NCBI RefSeq assembly: GCF_964355755.1
Contig: NC_092676.1
Span: 13,006,771-13,070,770 of the forward strand
Direction: 5' to 3'
Length of the DNA: 64,000 bases
DNA from: Antedon mediterranea
Lineage: Eukaryota > Animalia > Echinodermata
Shown: positions 12,621 to 24,969 of the stretch, piece after piece
Numbering within the stretch: the first letter of the stretch is position 1
Layout: every line of letters begins with the position of its first letter
The notes under the pieces: generated by a model
Database searches by the model: none
What the model saw: only the letters and a program-made list of their open reading frames with translations
What the model was told of the DNA's origin: nothing
Position numbers and translations under genes: made by a program

Positions 12621-14673
12621 CCGTTTTAGAGCATTTTGAGCATTTCGATCAAACTTTTCACACAAAAACATCAAAGTGTACAAAATAACTTCAAATCGCA
12701 TTTAGAGACGTTTTAGACCATTTTGTGCATTTTGGTAAAACTTTTCACACAAAAACATCAAATTGCACAAAATAGCTTAATATCGTGTTTGAAAACGTTT
12801 TAAACCATTTTGAGCATGTCGATAAAACTTTTCACATAAAAATATCAAAGTGCACAGAATAGCTTCAAATCGCATTTGGAGACGTTTTAGACCATTTTGT
12901 GCATTTTGGTAAAACTTTTCACACAAAAACATCAAATTGCACAAAATAGCTTAATATCGTGTTTGAAAACGTTTTAAACCATTTTGAGCATGTCGATAAA
13001 ACTTTTCACTCAAAAATATCAAAGTGCACAGAATATCTTCAAATCGCATTTAGAGACGTTTTAGACCATTTTGTGCATTTTGAAAAAATTTGTTAACATA
13101 AAAAGACCAAAGTGTTTAGAATATCTCCAAATCGCATTTGGAGACGTTTTAGACCATTTTGTGTTTTTCGAAAAAACTTTTCACACAAAAACATCAAAGT
13201 GTACAAAATTGCTTCAAATCGCATTTGGAGACGTTTTAGACCATTTTGTGCATTTTGGTAAAACTTTTCACACAAAAACATCAAAATTCACAAAATAGCT
13301 TAATATCGTGTTTGAAAACGTTTTAAACCATTTTGAGCATGTCGATAAAACTTTTCACTCAAAAATATCAAAGTGCACAGAATATCTTCAAATCGCATTT
13401 AGAGACGTTTTAGACCATTTTGTGCATTTCGAAAAAAATTGTTAACATAAAAAGACCAAAGTGTTTAGAATATCTCCAAATCGCATTTGGAGACGTTTTA
13501 GACCATTTTGCGCATTTCGATGAAACTTGGTTACACAAAAACATCAAAGTGCTTAAAATCACATTTAAAACCGTTTTAGAGCGTTTTGAGCATTTCGATA
13601 AACTTTTCAAACAAAAACATCAAAGTGTACAAAATAGCTTCAAATCGTATTTGGAGACGTTTTAGACCATTTTGTGCGTTTCGATGAATCTTGGTTACAC
13701 AAAAACATCAAAGTGCTTAAAATCACATTTAAAACCGTTTTAGTGCATTTTGAGCATTTCGATAAAACTTTTCACACAAAAACATCAAAGTGCACAAAAT
13801 AGCTTCAAATCGCATTTAGAGATGTTTTAGACCATTTTGTGCGTTTCGATAAAACTTTTCACACAAAAACATCAAATTGCACAAAATAGCTTAATATCAT
13901 GTTTGAAAACGTTTTAGACCATTTTGAGCATGTCGATAAAACTTTTCACACAAAAACATAAAAGTGCACAAAATAGCTTCAAATCGCATTTAGAGATGTT
14001 TTAGACCATTTTGTGCGTTTCGATAAAACTTTTCACACAAAAACATCAAATTGCACAAAATAGCTTAATATCGTGTTTGAAAACGTTTTAGACCATTTTG
14101 AGCATGTCGATAAAACTTTTCACACAAAAACATCAAAGTGCACAGAATAGCTTCAAATCGCATTTGGAGACGTTTTAGACCATTTTGTGCATTTCGAAAA
14201 AACTTTTTAACATAAAAACACCAAAGTGCTTAGAATAGCTTCAAATCGCATTTGGAGACGTTTTAGACCATTTTGTGCATTTCGATGAAACTTGGTTACA
14301 CAAAAACATCAAAGTGCTTAAAATCACATTTGAAACCGTTTTAGAGCATTTTGAGCATTTCGATAAAACTTTTCACACAAAAACATCAAAGTGTACAAAA
14401 TAGCTTCAAATCACATTTGAAACCGTTTTAGACCATTTTGAGCATTTCGATAAAACTTTTCACACAAAAACATCAAAGTGTACAAAATAGCTTCAAATCG
14501 CATTTGGAGACGTTTTAGACCATTTTGTGCATTTCGATGAAACTTGGTTACACAAAAACATCAAAGTGCTTAAAATCACATTTGAAACCGTTTTAGACCA
14601 TTTTGAGCGTTTCGATAAAACTTTTCACACAAATAAATCAGAGTGCACAAAATAGCTTCAAATCGCATTTGGA

Positions 14674-14761
14674 GACGTTTTAGACTATTTTGTGCATTTC
14701 GAAAAAATTTGTTAACATAAAAAGACCAAAGTGTTTAGAATATCTCCAAATCGCATTTGGA
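14674..14761 (+). repeat. Exemplar of the 88-bp monomer class C
   Basis: Diagnostic core CGAAAAAATTTGTTAACATAAAAAGACCAAAGTGTTTAGAATATCTCC. Successive GACG starts are at 14674 and 14762. This class is the source of the many 'MCISKKFVNIKRPK' pseudo-ORFs. Confidence 0.95.
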
Positions 14762-14839
14762 GACGTTTTAAACCATTTTGTGCATTTCGATGGAACTTGG
14801 TTACACAAAAACATCAAAGTGCTTAAAATCACATTTAAA
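14762..14839 (+). repeat. Exemplar of the 78-bp monomer class B
   Basis: Diagnostic CGATGRAACTTGGTTACAC...AAAGTGCTTAAAATCACATTTRAA. It lacks the ~10-nt AAAATAGCTT segment of the longer classes. Confidence 0.95.
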
Positions 14840-14926
14840 ACCGTTTTAGAGCATTTTGAGCATTTCGATAAAACTTTTCACACAAAAACATCAAAGTGTA
14901 CAAAATAGCTTCAAATCGCATTTAGA
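14840..14926 (+). repeat. Exemplar of the 87-bp monomer class A/F (near consensus, ACCGTTTTAGAGCATTTTGAG head)
   Basis: Counted as 87 bp between ACCG at 14840 and GACG at 14927. This head type follows class B tails. Confidence 0.93.
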
Positions 14927-15100
14927 GACGTTTTAGACCATTTTGTGCATTTTGATAAAACTTTTCACACAAAAACATCAAATTGCACAAAATAGCTTAA
15001 TATTGTGTTTGAAAACGTTTTAAACCATTTTGAGCATGTCGATAAAACTTTTCACACAAAAATATCAAAGTGCCCAGAATATCTTCAAATCGCATTTAGA
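14927..15100 (+). repeat. Exemplar of the linked 87-bp classes D (tail AAATTGCACAAAATAGCTTAATAyyGTGTTTGAA) and E (head AwCGTTTTAAACCATTTTGAGCATGTCGAT, tail GCACAGAATATCTTC)
   Basis: D is 14927-15013 and E is 15014-15100. The D tail is followed by an E-type head throughout the window. Confidence 0.93.
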
Positions 15101-16409
15101 GACGTTTTAGACCATTTTGTGCATTTCGAAAAAATTTGTTAACATAAAAAGACCAAAGTGTTTAGATTATCTCCAAATCGCATTTGGAGACGTTTTAGAC
15201 CATTTTGTGTTTTTCGAAAAAACTTTTCACACAAAAACATCAAAGTGTACAAAATTGCTTCAAATCGCATTTAGAGAGGTTTTAGACCATTTTGTGCATT
15301 TCGATAAAACTTTTCACACAAAAACATCAAAGTGCACAGAATATCTTAATACCGTGTCTGAAATCGTTTTAAACCATTTTGAGCATGTCGATAAAACTTT
15401 TCACACAAAAACATCAAAGTGCACAGAATATCTTCAAATCGCATTTAGAGACGTTTTAGACCATTTTGTGCATTTCGAAAAAATTTGTTAACATAAAAAG
15501 ACCAAAGTGTTTAGAATATCTCCAAATCGCATTTGGAGACGTTTTAGACCATTTTGTGCATTTCGATGAAACTTGGTTACACAAAAACATCAAAGTGCTT
15601 AAAATCACATTTGAAACCGTTTTAGAGCATTTTGAGCATTTCGATAAAACTTTTCACACAAAAACATCAAAGTGTACAAAATAGCTTCAAATCACATTTG
15701 AAACCGTTTTAGACCATTTTGAGCATTTCGATAAAACTTTTCACACAAAAACATCAAAGTGTATAGAATAGCTTCAAATCGCATTTGGAGACGTTTTAGA
15801 CCATTTTGTGCATTTCGATGAAACTTGGTTACACAAACACATCAAAGTGCTTAAAATCACATTTGAAACCGTTTTAGAGCATTTTTAACATTTCGATAAT
15901 ACTTTTCACACAAAAACATCAAAGTGTACAAAATAGCTTCAAATCGCATTTGGAGACGTTTTAGACCATTTTGTGCATTTCGATGAAACTTGGTAACACA
16001 AAAACATCAAAGTGCTTAAAATCACATTTGAAACCGTTTTAGAGCATTTTGAGCATTTCGATAAAACTTTTCACACAAAAAAATCAAAGTGCACAAAATA
16101 GCTTCAAATCGCATTTGGAGAGGTTTTAGACCATTTTGTGCATTTCGATAAAACTTTTCACACAAAAACATCAAAGTGTACAAAATAGCTTCAAATCTTA
16201 TTTAGAGACGTTTTAGACCATTTTGTGCATTTCGATGAAACTTGGTTACACAAAAACATCAAAGTGCTTAAAATCACATTTAAAACCGTTTTAGAGCGTT
16301 TTGAGCATTTCGATAAACTTTTTACACAAAAACATCAAAGTGCACAAAATAGCTTCAAATCGCATTTAGAGATGTTTTAGACCATTTTTTGCATTTCGAT
16401 AAAATTTTT

Positions 16410-18638
16410 CACACAAAAACATCAAATTGCACAAAATAGCTTAATACCGTGTTTGAAATCATTTTAAACCATTTTGAGCATGTCGATAAAACTTTTCACA
16501 CAAAAACATCAAAGTGCACAGAATATCTTCAAATCGCATTTAGAGACGTTTTAGACCATTTTGTGCATTTCGAAAAAATTTGTTAACATAAAAAGACAAA
16601 AGTGTTTAGAATATCTCCAAATCGCATTTGGAGACGTTTTAGACCATTTTGTGCATTTCGATGAAACTTGGTTACACAAAAACATCAAAGTGCTTAAAAT
16701 CACATTTGAAACCGTTTTAGAGCATTTTGAGCATTTCGATAAAACTTTTCACACAAAAACATCGAAGTGTACAAAATAGCTTCAAATCACATTTGAAACC
16801 GTTTTAGACCATTTTGAGCATTTCGATAAAACTTTTCACACAAAAACATCAAAGTGTACAAAATAGCTTCAAATCGCATTTGGAGACGTTTTAGACCATT
16901 TTGTGCATTTCGATGAAACTTGGTTACACAAAAACATCAAAGTGCTTAAAATCACATTTGAAACCGTTTTAGAGCATTTTTAGCATTTCGATAACACTTT
17001 TCACACAAAAACATCAAAGAGTACAAAATAGCTTCAAATCGCATTTGGAGACGTTTTAGACCATTTTGTGCATTTCGATGAAACTTGGTTACACAAAAAC
17101 ATCAAAGTGCTTAAAATCACATTTGAAACCGTTTTAGACCATTTTGAGCATTTCGATAAAACTTTTCACACAAAAAAATCAAAGTGCACAAAATAGCTTC
17201 AAATCGCATTTGGGGACGTTTTAGACTATTTTGTGCATTTCGAAAAAATTTGTTAACATAAAAAGACCAAAGTGTTTAGAATATCTCAAAATCGCATTTG
17301 GAGACGTTTTAAACCATTTTGTGCATTTCGATGGAACTTGGTTACACAAAAACATCAAAGTGCTTAAAATCACATTTAAAACCGTTTTAGAGCATTTTGA
17401 GCATTTCGATAAAACTTTTCACACAAAAACATCAAAGTGTACAAAATAGCTTCAAATCGCATTTAGAGACGTTTTAGACCATTTTGTGCATTTTGATAAA
17501 ACTTTTCACACAAAAACATCAAATTGCACAAAATAGCTTAATACCGTGTTTGAAATCATTTTAAACCATTTTGAGCATGTCGATAAAACTTTTCACACAA
17601 AAACATCAAAGTGCACAGAATATCTTCAAATCGCATTTAGAGACGTTTTAGACCATTTTGTGCATTTCGAAAAAATTTGTTAACATAAAAAGACAAAAGT
17701 GTTTAGAATATCTCCAAATCGCATTTGGAGACGTTTTAGACCATTTTGTGCATTTCGATGAAACTTGGTTACACAAAAACATCAAAGTGCTTAAAATCAC
17801 ATTTGAAACCGTTTTAGAGCATTTTGAGCATTTCGATAAAACTTTTCACACAAAAACATCGAAGTGTACAAAATAGCTTCAAATCACATTTGAAACCGTT
17901 TTAGACCATTTTGAGCATTTCGATAAAACTTTTCACACAAAAACATCAAAGTGTACAAAATAGCTTCAAATCGCATTTGGAGACGTTTTAGACCATTTTG
18001 TGCATTTCGATGAAACTTGGTTACACAAAAACATCAAAGTGCTTAAAATCACATTTGAAACCGTTTTAGAGCATTTTTAGCATTTCGATAATACTTTTCA
18101 CACAAAAACATCAAAGAGTACAAAATAGCTTCAAATCGCATTTGGAGACGTTTTAGACCATTTTGTGCATTTCGATGAAACTTGGTTACACAAAAACATC
18201 AAAGTGCTTAAAATCACATTTGAAACCGTTTTAGACCATTTTGAGCATTTCGATAAAACTTTTCACACAAAAAAATCAAAGTGCACAAAATAGCTTCAAA
18301 TCGCATTTGGGGACGTTTTAGACTATTTTGTGCATTTCGAAAAAATTTGTTAACATAAAAAGACCAAAGTGTTTAGAATATCTCCAAATCGCATTTGGAG
18401 ACGTTTTAAACCATTTTGTGCATTTCGATGGAACTTGGTTACACAAAAACATCAAAGTGCTTAAAATCACATTTAAAACCGTTTTAGAGCATTTTGAGCA
18501 TTTCGATAAAACTTTTCACACAAAAACATCAAAGTGTACAAAATAGCTTCAAATCGCATTTAGAGACGTTTTAGACCATTTTGTGCATTTTGATAAAACT
18601 TTTCACACAAAAACATCAAATTGCACAAAATAGCTTAA
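16410..18638 (+). repeat. 1097-bp tandem duplication (2 copies)
   Basis: ORF pairs 16561/17658 and 17231/18328. Private markers AGACAAAAGT, CATCGAAGTG and AAAGAGTAC each occur twice, 1097 bp apart. Confidence 0.92.
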
Positions 18639-21600
18639 TATTGTGTTTGAAAACGTTTTAAACCATTTTGAGCATGTCGATAAAACTTTTCACACAAAAA
18701 TATCAAAGTGCCCAGAATATCTTCAAATCGCATTTAGAGACGTTTTAGACCATTTTGTGCATTTCGAAAAAATTTGTTAACATAAAAAGACCAAAGTGTT
18801 TAGATTATCTCCAAATCGCATTTGGAGACGTTTTAGACCATTTTGTGCATTTCGATGAAACTTGGTTACACAAAAACATCAAAGTGCTTAAAATCACATT
18901 TGAAACCGTTTTAGAGCATTTTGAGCATTTCGATAAAACTTTTCACACAAAAACATCAAAGTGTACAAAATAGCTTCAAATCACATTTGAAACCGTTTTA
19001 GACCATTTTGAGCATTTCGATAAAACTTTTCACACAAAAACATCAAAGTGTACAGAATAGCTTCAAATCGCATTTGGAGACGTTTTAGACCATTTTGTGC
19101 ATTTCGATGAAACTTGGTTACACAAAAACATCAAAGTGCTTAAAATCACATTTGAAACCGTTTTAGAGCATTTTGAGCATTTCGATAAAACTTTTCACAC
19201 AAAAACATCAAAGTGCTTAAAATCACATTTGAAACCGTTTTAGAGCATTTTGAGCATTTCGATAAAACTTTTCACACAAAAAAATCAAACTGCACAAAAT
19301 AGCTTCAAATCGCATTTGGAGAGGTTTTAGACCATTTTGTGCATTTCGATAAAACTTTTCACACAAAAACATCAAAGTGTACAAAATAGCTTCAAATCGC
19401 ATTTAGAGACGTTTTAGACCATTTTGTGCATTTCGATAAAACTTTTCACACAAAAACATCAAATTGCACAAAATAGCTTAATATCGTGTTTGAAAACGTT
19501 TTAAACCATTTTGAGCATGTCGATAAAACTTTTCACAAAAAAATATCAAAGTGCACAGAATATCTTCAAATCGCATTTAGAGACGTTTTAGACCATTTTG
19601 TGCATTTCGATGAAACTTGGTTACACAAAAACATCAAAGTGCTTAAAATCACATTTAAAACCGTTTTAGAGCGTTTTGAGCATTTCGATAAAACTTTTCA
19701 CACAAAAACATCAAATTGCACAAAATAGCTTAATACCGTGTTTGAAATCATTTTAAACCATTTTGAGCATGTCGATAAAACTTTTCACACAAAAACATCA
19801 AAGTGCACAGAATATCTTCAAATCGCATTTAGAGACGTTTTAGACCATTTTGTGCATTTCGAAAAAATTTGTTAACATAAAAAGACCAAAGTGTTTAGAA
19901 TATCTCCAAATCGCAATTTGAGACGTTTTAGACCATTTTGTGCATTTCGATGAAACTTGGTTACACAAAAACATCAAAGTGCTTAAAATCACATTTGAAA
20001 CCGTTTTAGAGCATTTTGAGCATTTCGATAAAACTTTTCACACAAAAACATCAAAGTGTACAAAATAGCTTCAAATCACATTTGAAACCGTTTTAGACCA
20101 TTTTGAGCATTTCGATAAAACTTTTCACACAAAAACATCAAAGTGTACAAAATAGCTTCAAATCGCATTTGGAGACGTTTTAGACCATTTTGTGCATTTC
20201 GATGAAACTTGGTTACACAAAAACATCAAAGTGCTTAAAATCACATTTGAAACCGTTTTAGAGCATTTTTAGCATTTCGATAATACTTTTCACACAAAAA
20301 CATAAAAGTGCACAAAATAGCTTCAAATCGCATTTAGAGATGTTTTAGACCATTTTGTGCAATTCGATAAAACTTTTCACACAAAAACATCAAATTGCAC
20401 AAAATAGCTTAATACCGTGTTTGAAATCATTTTAAACCATTTTGAGCATGTCGATAAAACTTTTCACACAAAAACATCAAAGTGTTTAGAATATCTCCAA
20501 ATCGCATTTGGAGACGTTTTAGACCATTTTGTGCATTTCGATGAAACTTGGTTACACAAAAACATCAAAGTGCTTAAAATCACATTTGAAACCGTTTTAG
20601 AGCATTTTGAGCATTTCGATAAAACTTTTCAAACAAAAACATCAAAGTGTACAAAATAGCTTCAAATCACATTTGAAACCGTTTTAGACCATTTTGAGCA
20701 TTTCGATAAAACTTTTCACACAAAAACATCAAAGTGTACAAAATAGCTTCAAATCGCATTTGGAGACGTTTTAGACCATTTTGTGCATTTCGATGAAACT
20801 TGGTTACACAAAAACATCAAAGTGCTTAAAATCACATTTGAAACCGTTTTAGAGCATTTTTAGCATTTCGATAATACTTTTCACACAAAACATCAAAGTG
20901 TACAAAATAGCTTCAAATCGCATTTGGAGACGTTTTAGACCATTTTGTGCATTTCGATGAAACTTGGTTACACAAAAACATCAAAGTGCTTAAAATCACA
21001 TTTGAAACCGTTTTAGACCATTTTGAGCATTTCGATAAAACTTTTCACACAAAAAAATCAAAGTGCACAAAATAGCTTCAAATCGCATTTGGGGACGTTT
21101 TAGACTATTTTGTGCATTTCGAAAAAAATTGTTAACATAAAAAGACCAAAGTGTTTAGAATATCTCCAAATCGCATTTGGAGACGTTTTAAACCATTTTG
21201 TGCATTTCGATGGAACTTGGTTACACAAAAACATCAAAGTGCTTAAAATCACATTTAAAACCGTTTTAGAGCATTTTTAGCATTTCGATAAAACTTTTCA
21301 CACAAAAACATCAAAGTGTACAAAATAGCTTCAAATCGCATTTAGAGAGGTTTTAGACAATTTTGTGCATTTCGATAAAACTTTTCACACAAAAACATCA
21401 AAGTGTACAAAATAGCTTCAAATTGCATTTAGAGACGTTTTAGACCATTTTGTGCATTTCGATAAAACTTTTCACACAAAAACATCAAATTGCACAAAAT
21501 CGTTTTAAACCATTTTAAATCGTTTTAAACCATTTTGAGCATGTCGATAAAACTTTTCACAAAAAACATCAAAGTGCACAGAATAGCTTCAAATTGCATT

Positions 21601-24600
21601 TGGAGACGTTTTAGAGCATTTTGTGCATTTCGATAAAATGTGTTAACATAAAAAGAAGTGTTTAGAATATCTTCAAATCACATTTGGAGACGTTTTAGAC
21701 CATTTTTTGCATTTCGATGAAACTTGGTTACACAAAAACATCAAAGTGCTTCAAATCACATTTGAAACCGTTTTAGACCATTTTGAGCATTTCGATAAAA
21801 CTTTTCACACAAAAACATCAAAGTGTACAGAATAGCTTCAAATCGCATTTGGAGACGTTTTAGACCATTTTGTGCATTTCGATGAAACTTGGTTACACAA
21901 AAACATCAAAGTGCTTAAAATCACATTTGAAACCGTTTTAGAGCATTTTTAACATTTCAATAATACTTTTCACACAAAAACATCAAAGTGTACAAAATAG
22001 CTTCAAATCGCATTTGGAGACGTTTTAGACACATTTTGTGCATTTCGATGAAACTTGGTTACACAAAAACATCAAAGTGCTTAAAATCACATTTGAAACC
22101 GTTTTAGAGCATTTTGAGCATTTCGATAAAACTTTTCACACAAAAAAATCAAAGTGCACAAAATAGCTTCAAATCGCATTTGGAGAGGTTTTAGACCATT
22201 TTGTGCATTTCGATAAAACTTTTCACACAAAAACATCAAAGTGTACAAAATAGCTTCAAATCGCATTTAGAGACGTTTTAGACCATTTTGTGCATTTCGA
22301 TGAAACATGGTTACACAAAAACATCAAAGTGCTTAAAATCACATTTAAAACCGTTTTAGAGCGTTTTGAGCATTTCGATAAACTTTTTACAAAAAAACAT
22401 CAAAGTGCACAAAATAGCTTCAAATCGCATTTAGAGATGTTTTAGACCATTTTGTGCATTTCGATAAAACTTTTCACACAAAAACATCAAATTGCACAAA
22501 ATAGCTTAATACCGTGTTTGAAATCATTTTAAACCATTTTGAGCATGTCGATAAAACTTGGTTACACAAAAACATGAAAGTGCTTAAAATCACATTTGAA
22601 ACCGTTTTAGACCATTTTGAGCATTTCGATAATACTTTTCACACAAAAACATCAAAGTGTACAAAATAGCTTCAAATCGCATTTGGAGACGTTTTAGACC
22701 ATTTTGTGCATTTCGATGAAACTTGGTTACACAAAAACATGAAAGTGCTTAAAATCACATTTGAAACCGTTTTAGACCATTTTGAGCATTTCGATAAAAC
22801 TTTTCACACAAAAAAATCAAAGTGCACAAAATGGCTTCAAATCGCATTTGGAGACGTTTTAGACTATTTTGTGCATTTTGAAAAAATTTGTTAACATAAA
22901 AAGACCAAAGTGTTTAGAATATCTCCAAATCGCATTTGGAGACGTTTTAAACCATTTTGTGCATTTCGATGGAACTTGGTTACACAAAAACATCAAAGTG
23001 CTTAAAATCACATTTAAAACCGTTTTAGAGCATTTTGAGCATTTCGATAAAACTTTTCACACAAAAACATCAAATTGCACAAAATAGCTTAATACCGTGT
23101 TTGAAATCGTTTTAAACCATTTTGAGCATGTCGATAAAACTTTACACAAAAAAACATCAAAGTGCACAGAATAGCTTCAAATCGCATTTGGAGACGTTTT
23201 AAACCATTTTGTGCATTTCGATAAAACTTTTCACATAAAAACAACAAAGTGTACAAAATAGCTTCAAATCGCATTTAGAGACGTTTTAGACCATTTTGGG
23301 AATTTCGATGAAACTTGGTTACACAAATACATAAAAATGCTTAAAATCACATTTCAAACCGTTTTAGAGCATTTTGAGCATTTCGATAAAACTTTTCACA
23401 CAAAAACATCAAAGTGCACAAAATAGCTTCAAATCGCATTTAGAGATGTTTTAGACCATTTTGTGCAATTCGATAAAACTTTTCACACAAAAACATCAAA
23501 TTGCACAAAATAGCTTAATATCGTGTTTGAAAACGTTTTAGACCATTTTGAGCATGTCGATAAAACTTTTCACACAAAAACATAAAAGTGAACAGAATAG
23601 CTTCAAATTGCATTTGGAGACGTTTTAGAGCATTTTGTGCATTTCGATAAAATGTGTTAACATAAAAAGACCAAAGTGTTTAGAATATCTTCAAATCACA
23701 TTTGGAGACGTACTTTAGACCATTTTTTGCATTTCGATGAAACTTGGTTACACAAAAACATCAAAGTGCTTAAAATCACATTTAAAACCGTTTTAGAGCA
23801 TTTTGAGCATTTCGATAAAACTTTTCACACAAAAACATCAAAGTGTACAAAATAGCTTCAAATCGCATTTAGAGAGGTTTTAGACCATTTTGTGCATTTC
23901 GATAAAACTTTTCACACAAAAACATCAAAGTGTACAAAATAACTTCAAATCGTATTTAGAGACGTTTTAGACCATTTTGTGCATTTTGTTAAAACTTTTC
24001 ACACAAAAACATCAAATTGCACAAAATAGCTTAATATCGTGTTTGAAAACGTTTTAAACCATTTTGAGCATGTCGATAAAACTTTTCACACAAAAATATC
24101 AAAGTGCACAGAATATCTTCAAATCGCATTTAGAGACGTTTTAGACCATTTTGTGCATTTCGAAAAAATTTGTTAACATAAAAAGACCAAAGTGTTTAGA
24201 ATATCTCCAAATCGCATTTGGAGACGTTTTAGACCATTTTGTGTTTTTCGAAAAAACTTTTCACACAAAAACATCAAAGTGTACAAAATTGCTTCAAATC
24301 GCATTTGGAGACGTTTTAGACCATTTTGTGATTTTCGAAAAACTTTTCACACAAAAACATCAAAGTGTAGAAAATTGCTTCAAATCGCAAAAAAAATGTT
24401 TTGAGAGATGTTTTAAAACAATTTTGTGCATTTCGAAAAAATTTGTTAACATAAAAAGACCAAAGTGTTTAGAATATCTCCAAATCGCATTTGGAGACGT
24501 TTTAGACCATTTTGTGCATTTCGATGACACTTGGTTACACAAAAACATCAAAGTGCTTAAAATCACATTTAAAACCGTTTTAGAGCATTTTTAGCATTTC

Positions 24601-24969
24601 GATAATACTTTTCACACAAAAACATCAAAGTGTACAAAATAGCTTCAAATCGCATTTGGAGACGTTTTAGACCATTTTGTGCGTTTCGATGAATCTTGGT
24701 TACACAAAAACATCAAAGTGCTTAAAATCACACTTAAAACCGTTTTAGTGCATTTTGAGCATTTCGATAAAACTTTTCACACAAAAACATCAAATTGCAC
24801 AAAATAGCTTAATATCGTGTTTGAAAACGTTTTAGACCATTTTGAGCATGTCGATAAAACTTTTCACACAAAAACATAAAAGTGAACAGAATATCTTCAA
24901 ATCGCATTTAGAGATGTTTTAGACCATTTTGTGCGTTTCGATAAAACTTCTCACACAAAAACATCAAAT

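Larger units (their letters stand above)
14674..15100 (+). repeat. 427-bp five-monomer higher-order unit C-B-F-D-E (88+78+87+87+87)
   Basis: The 427-bp spacing between class C monomers recurs at 14690/15117, 17231/17658, 18328/18755, 28945/29372, 31167/31594 and 51725/52152, and as 426 at 8470/8896. Confidence 0.88.

Noticed and set aside
14927-15013. tRNA- or SINE-derived tandem unit (78-88 bp is tRNA-sized and contains TTCAAATC)
   Set aside because: No cloverleaf, acceptor stem or A box is evident, and the sequence is too AT-rich. The TTCAAATC resemblance to a B box is partial.
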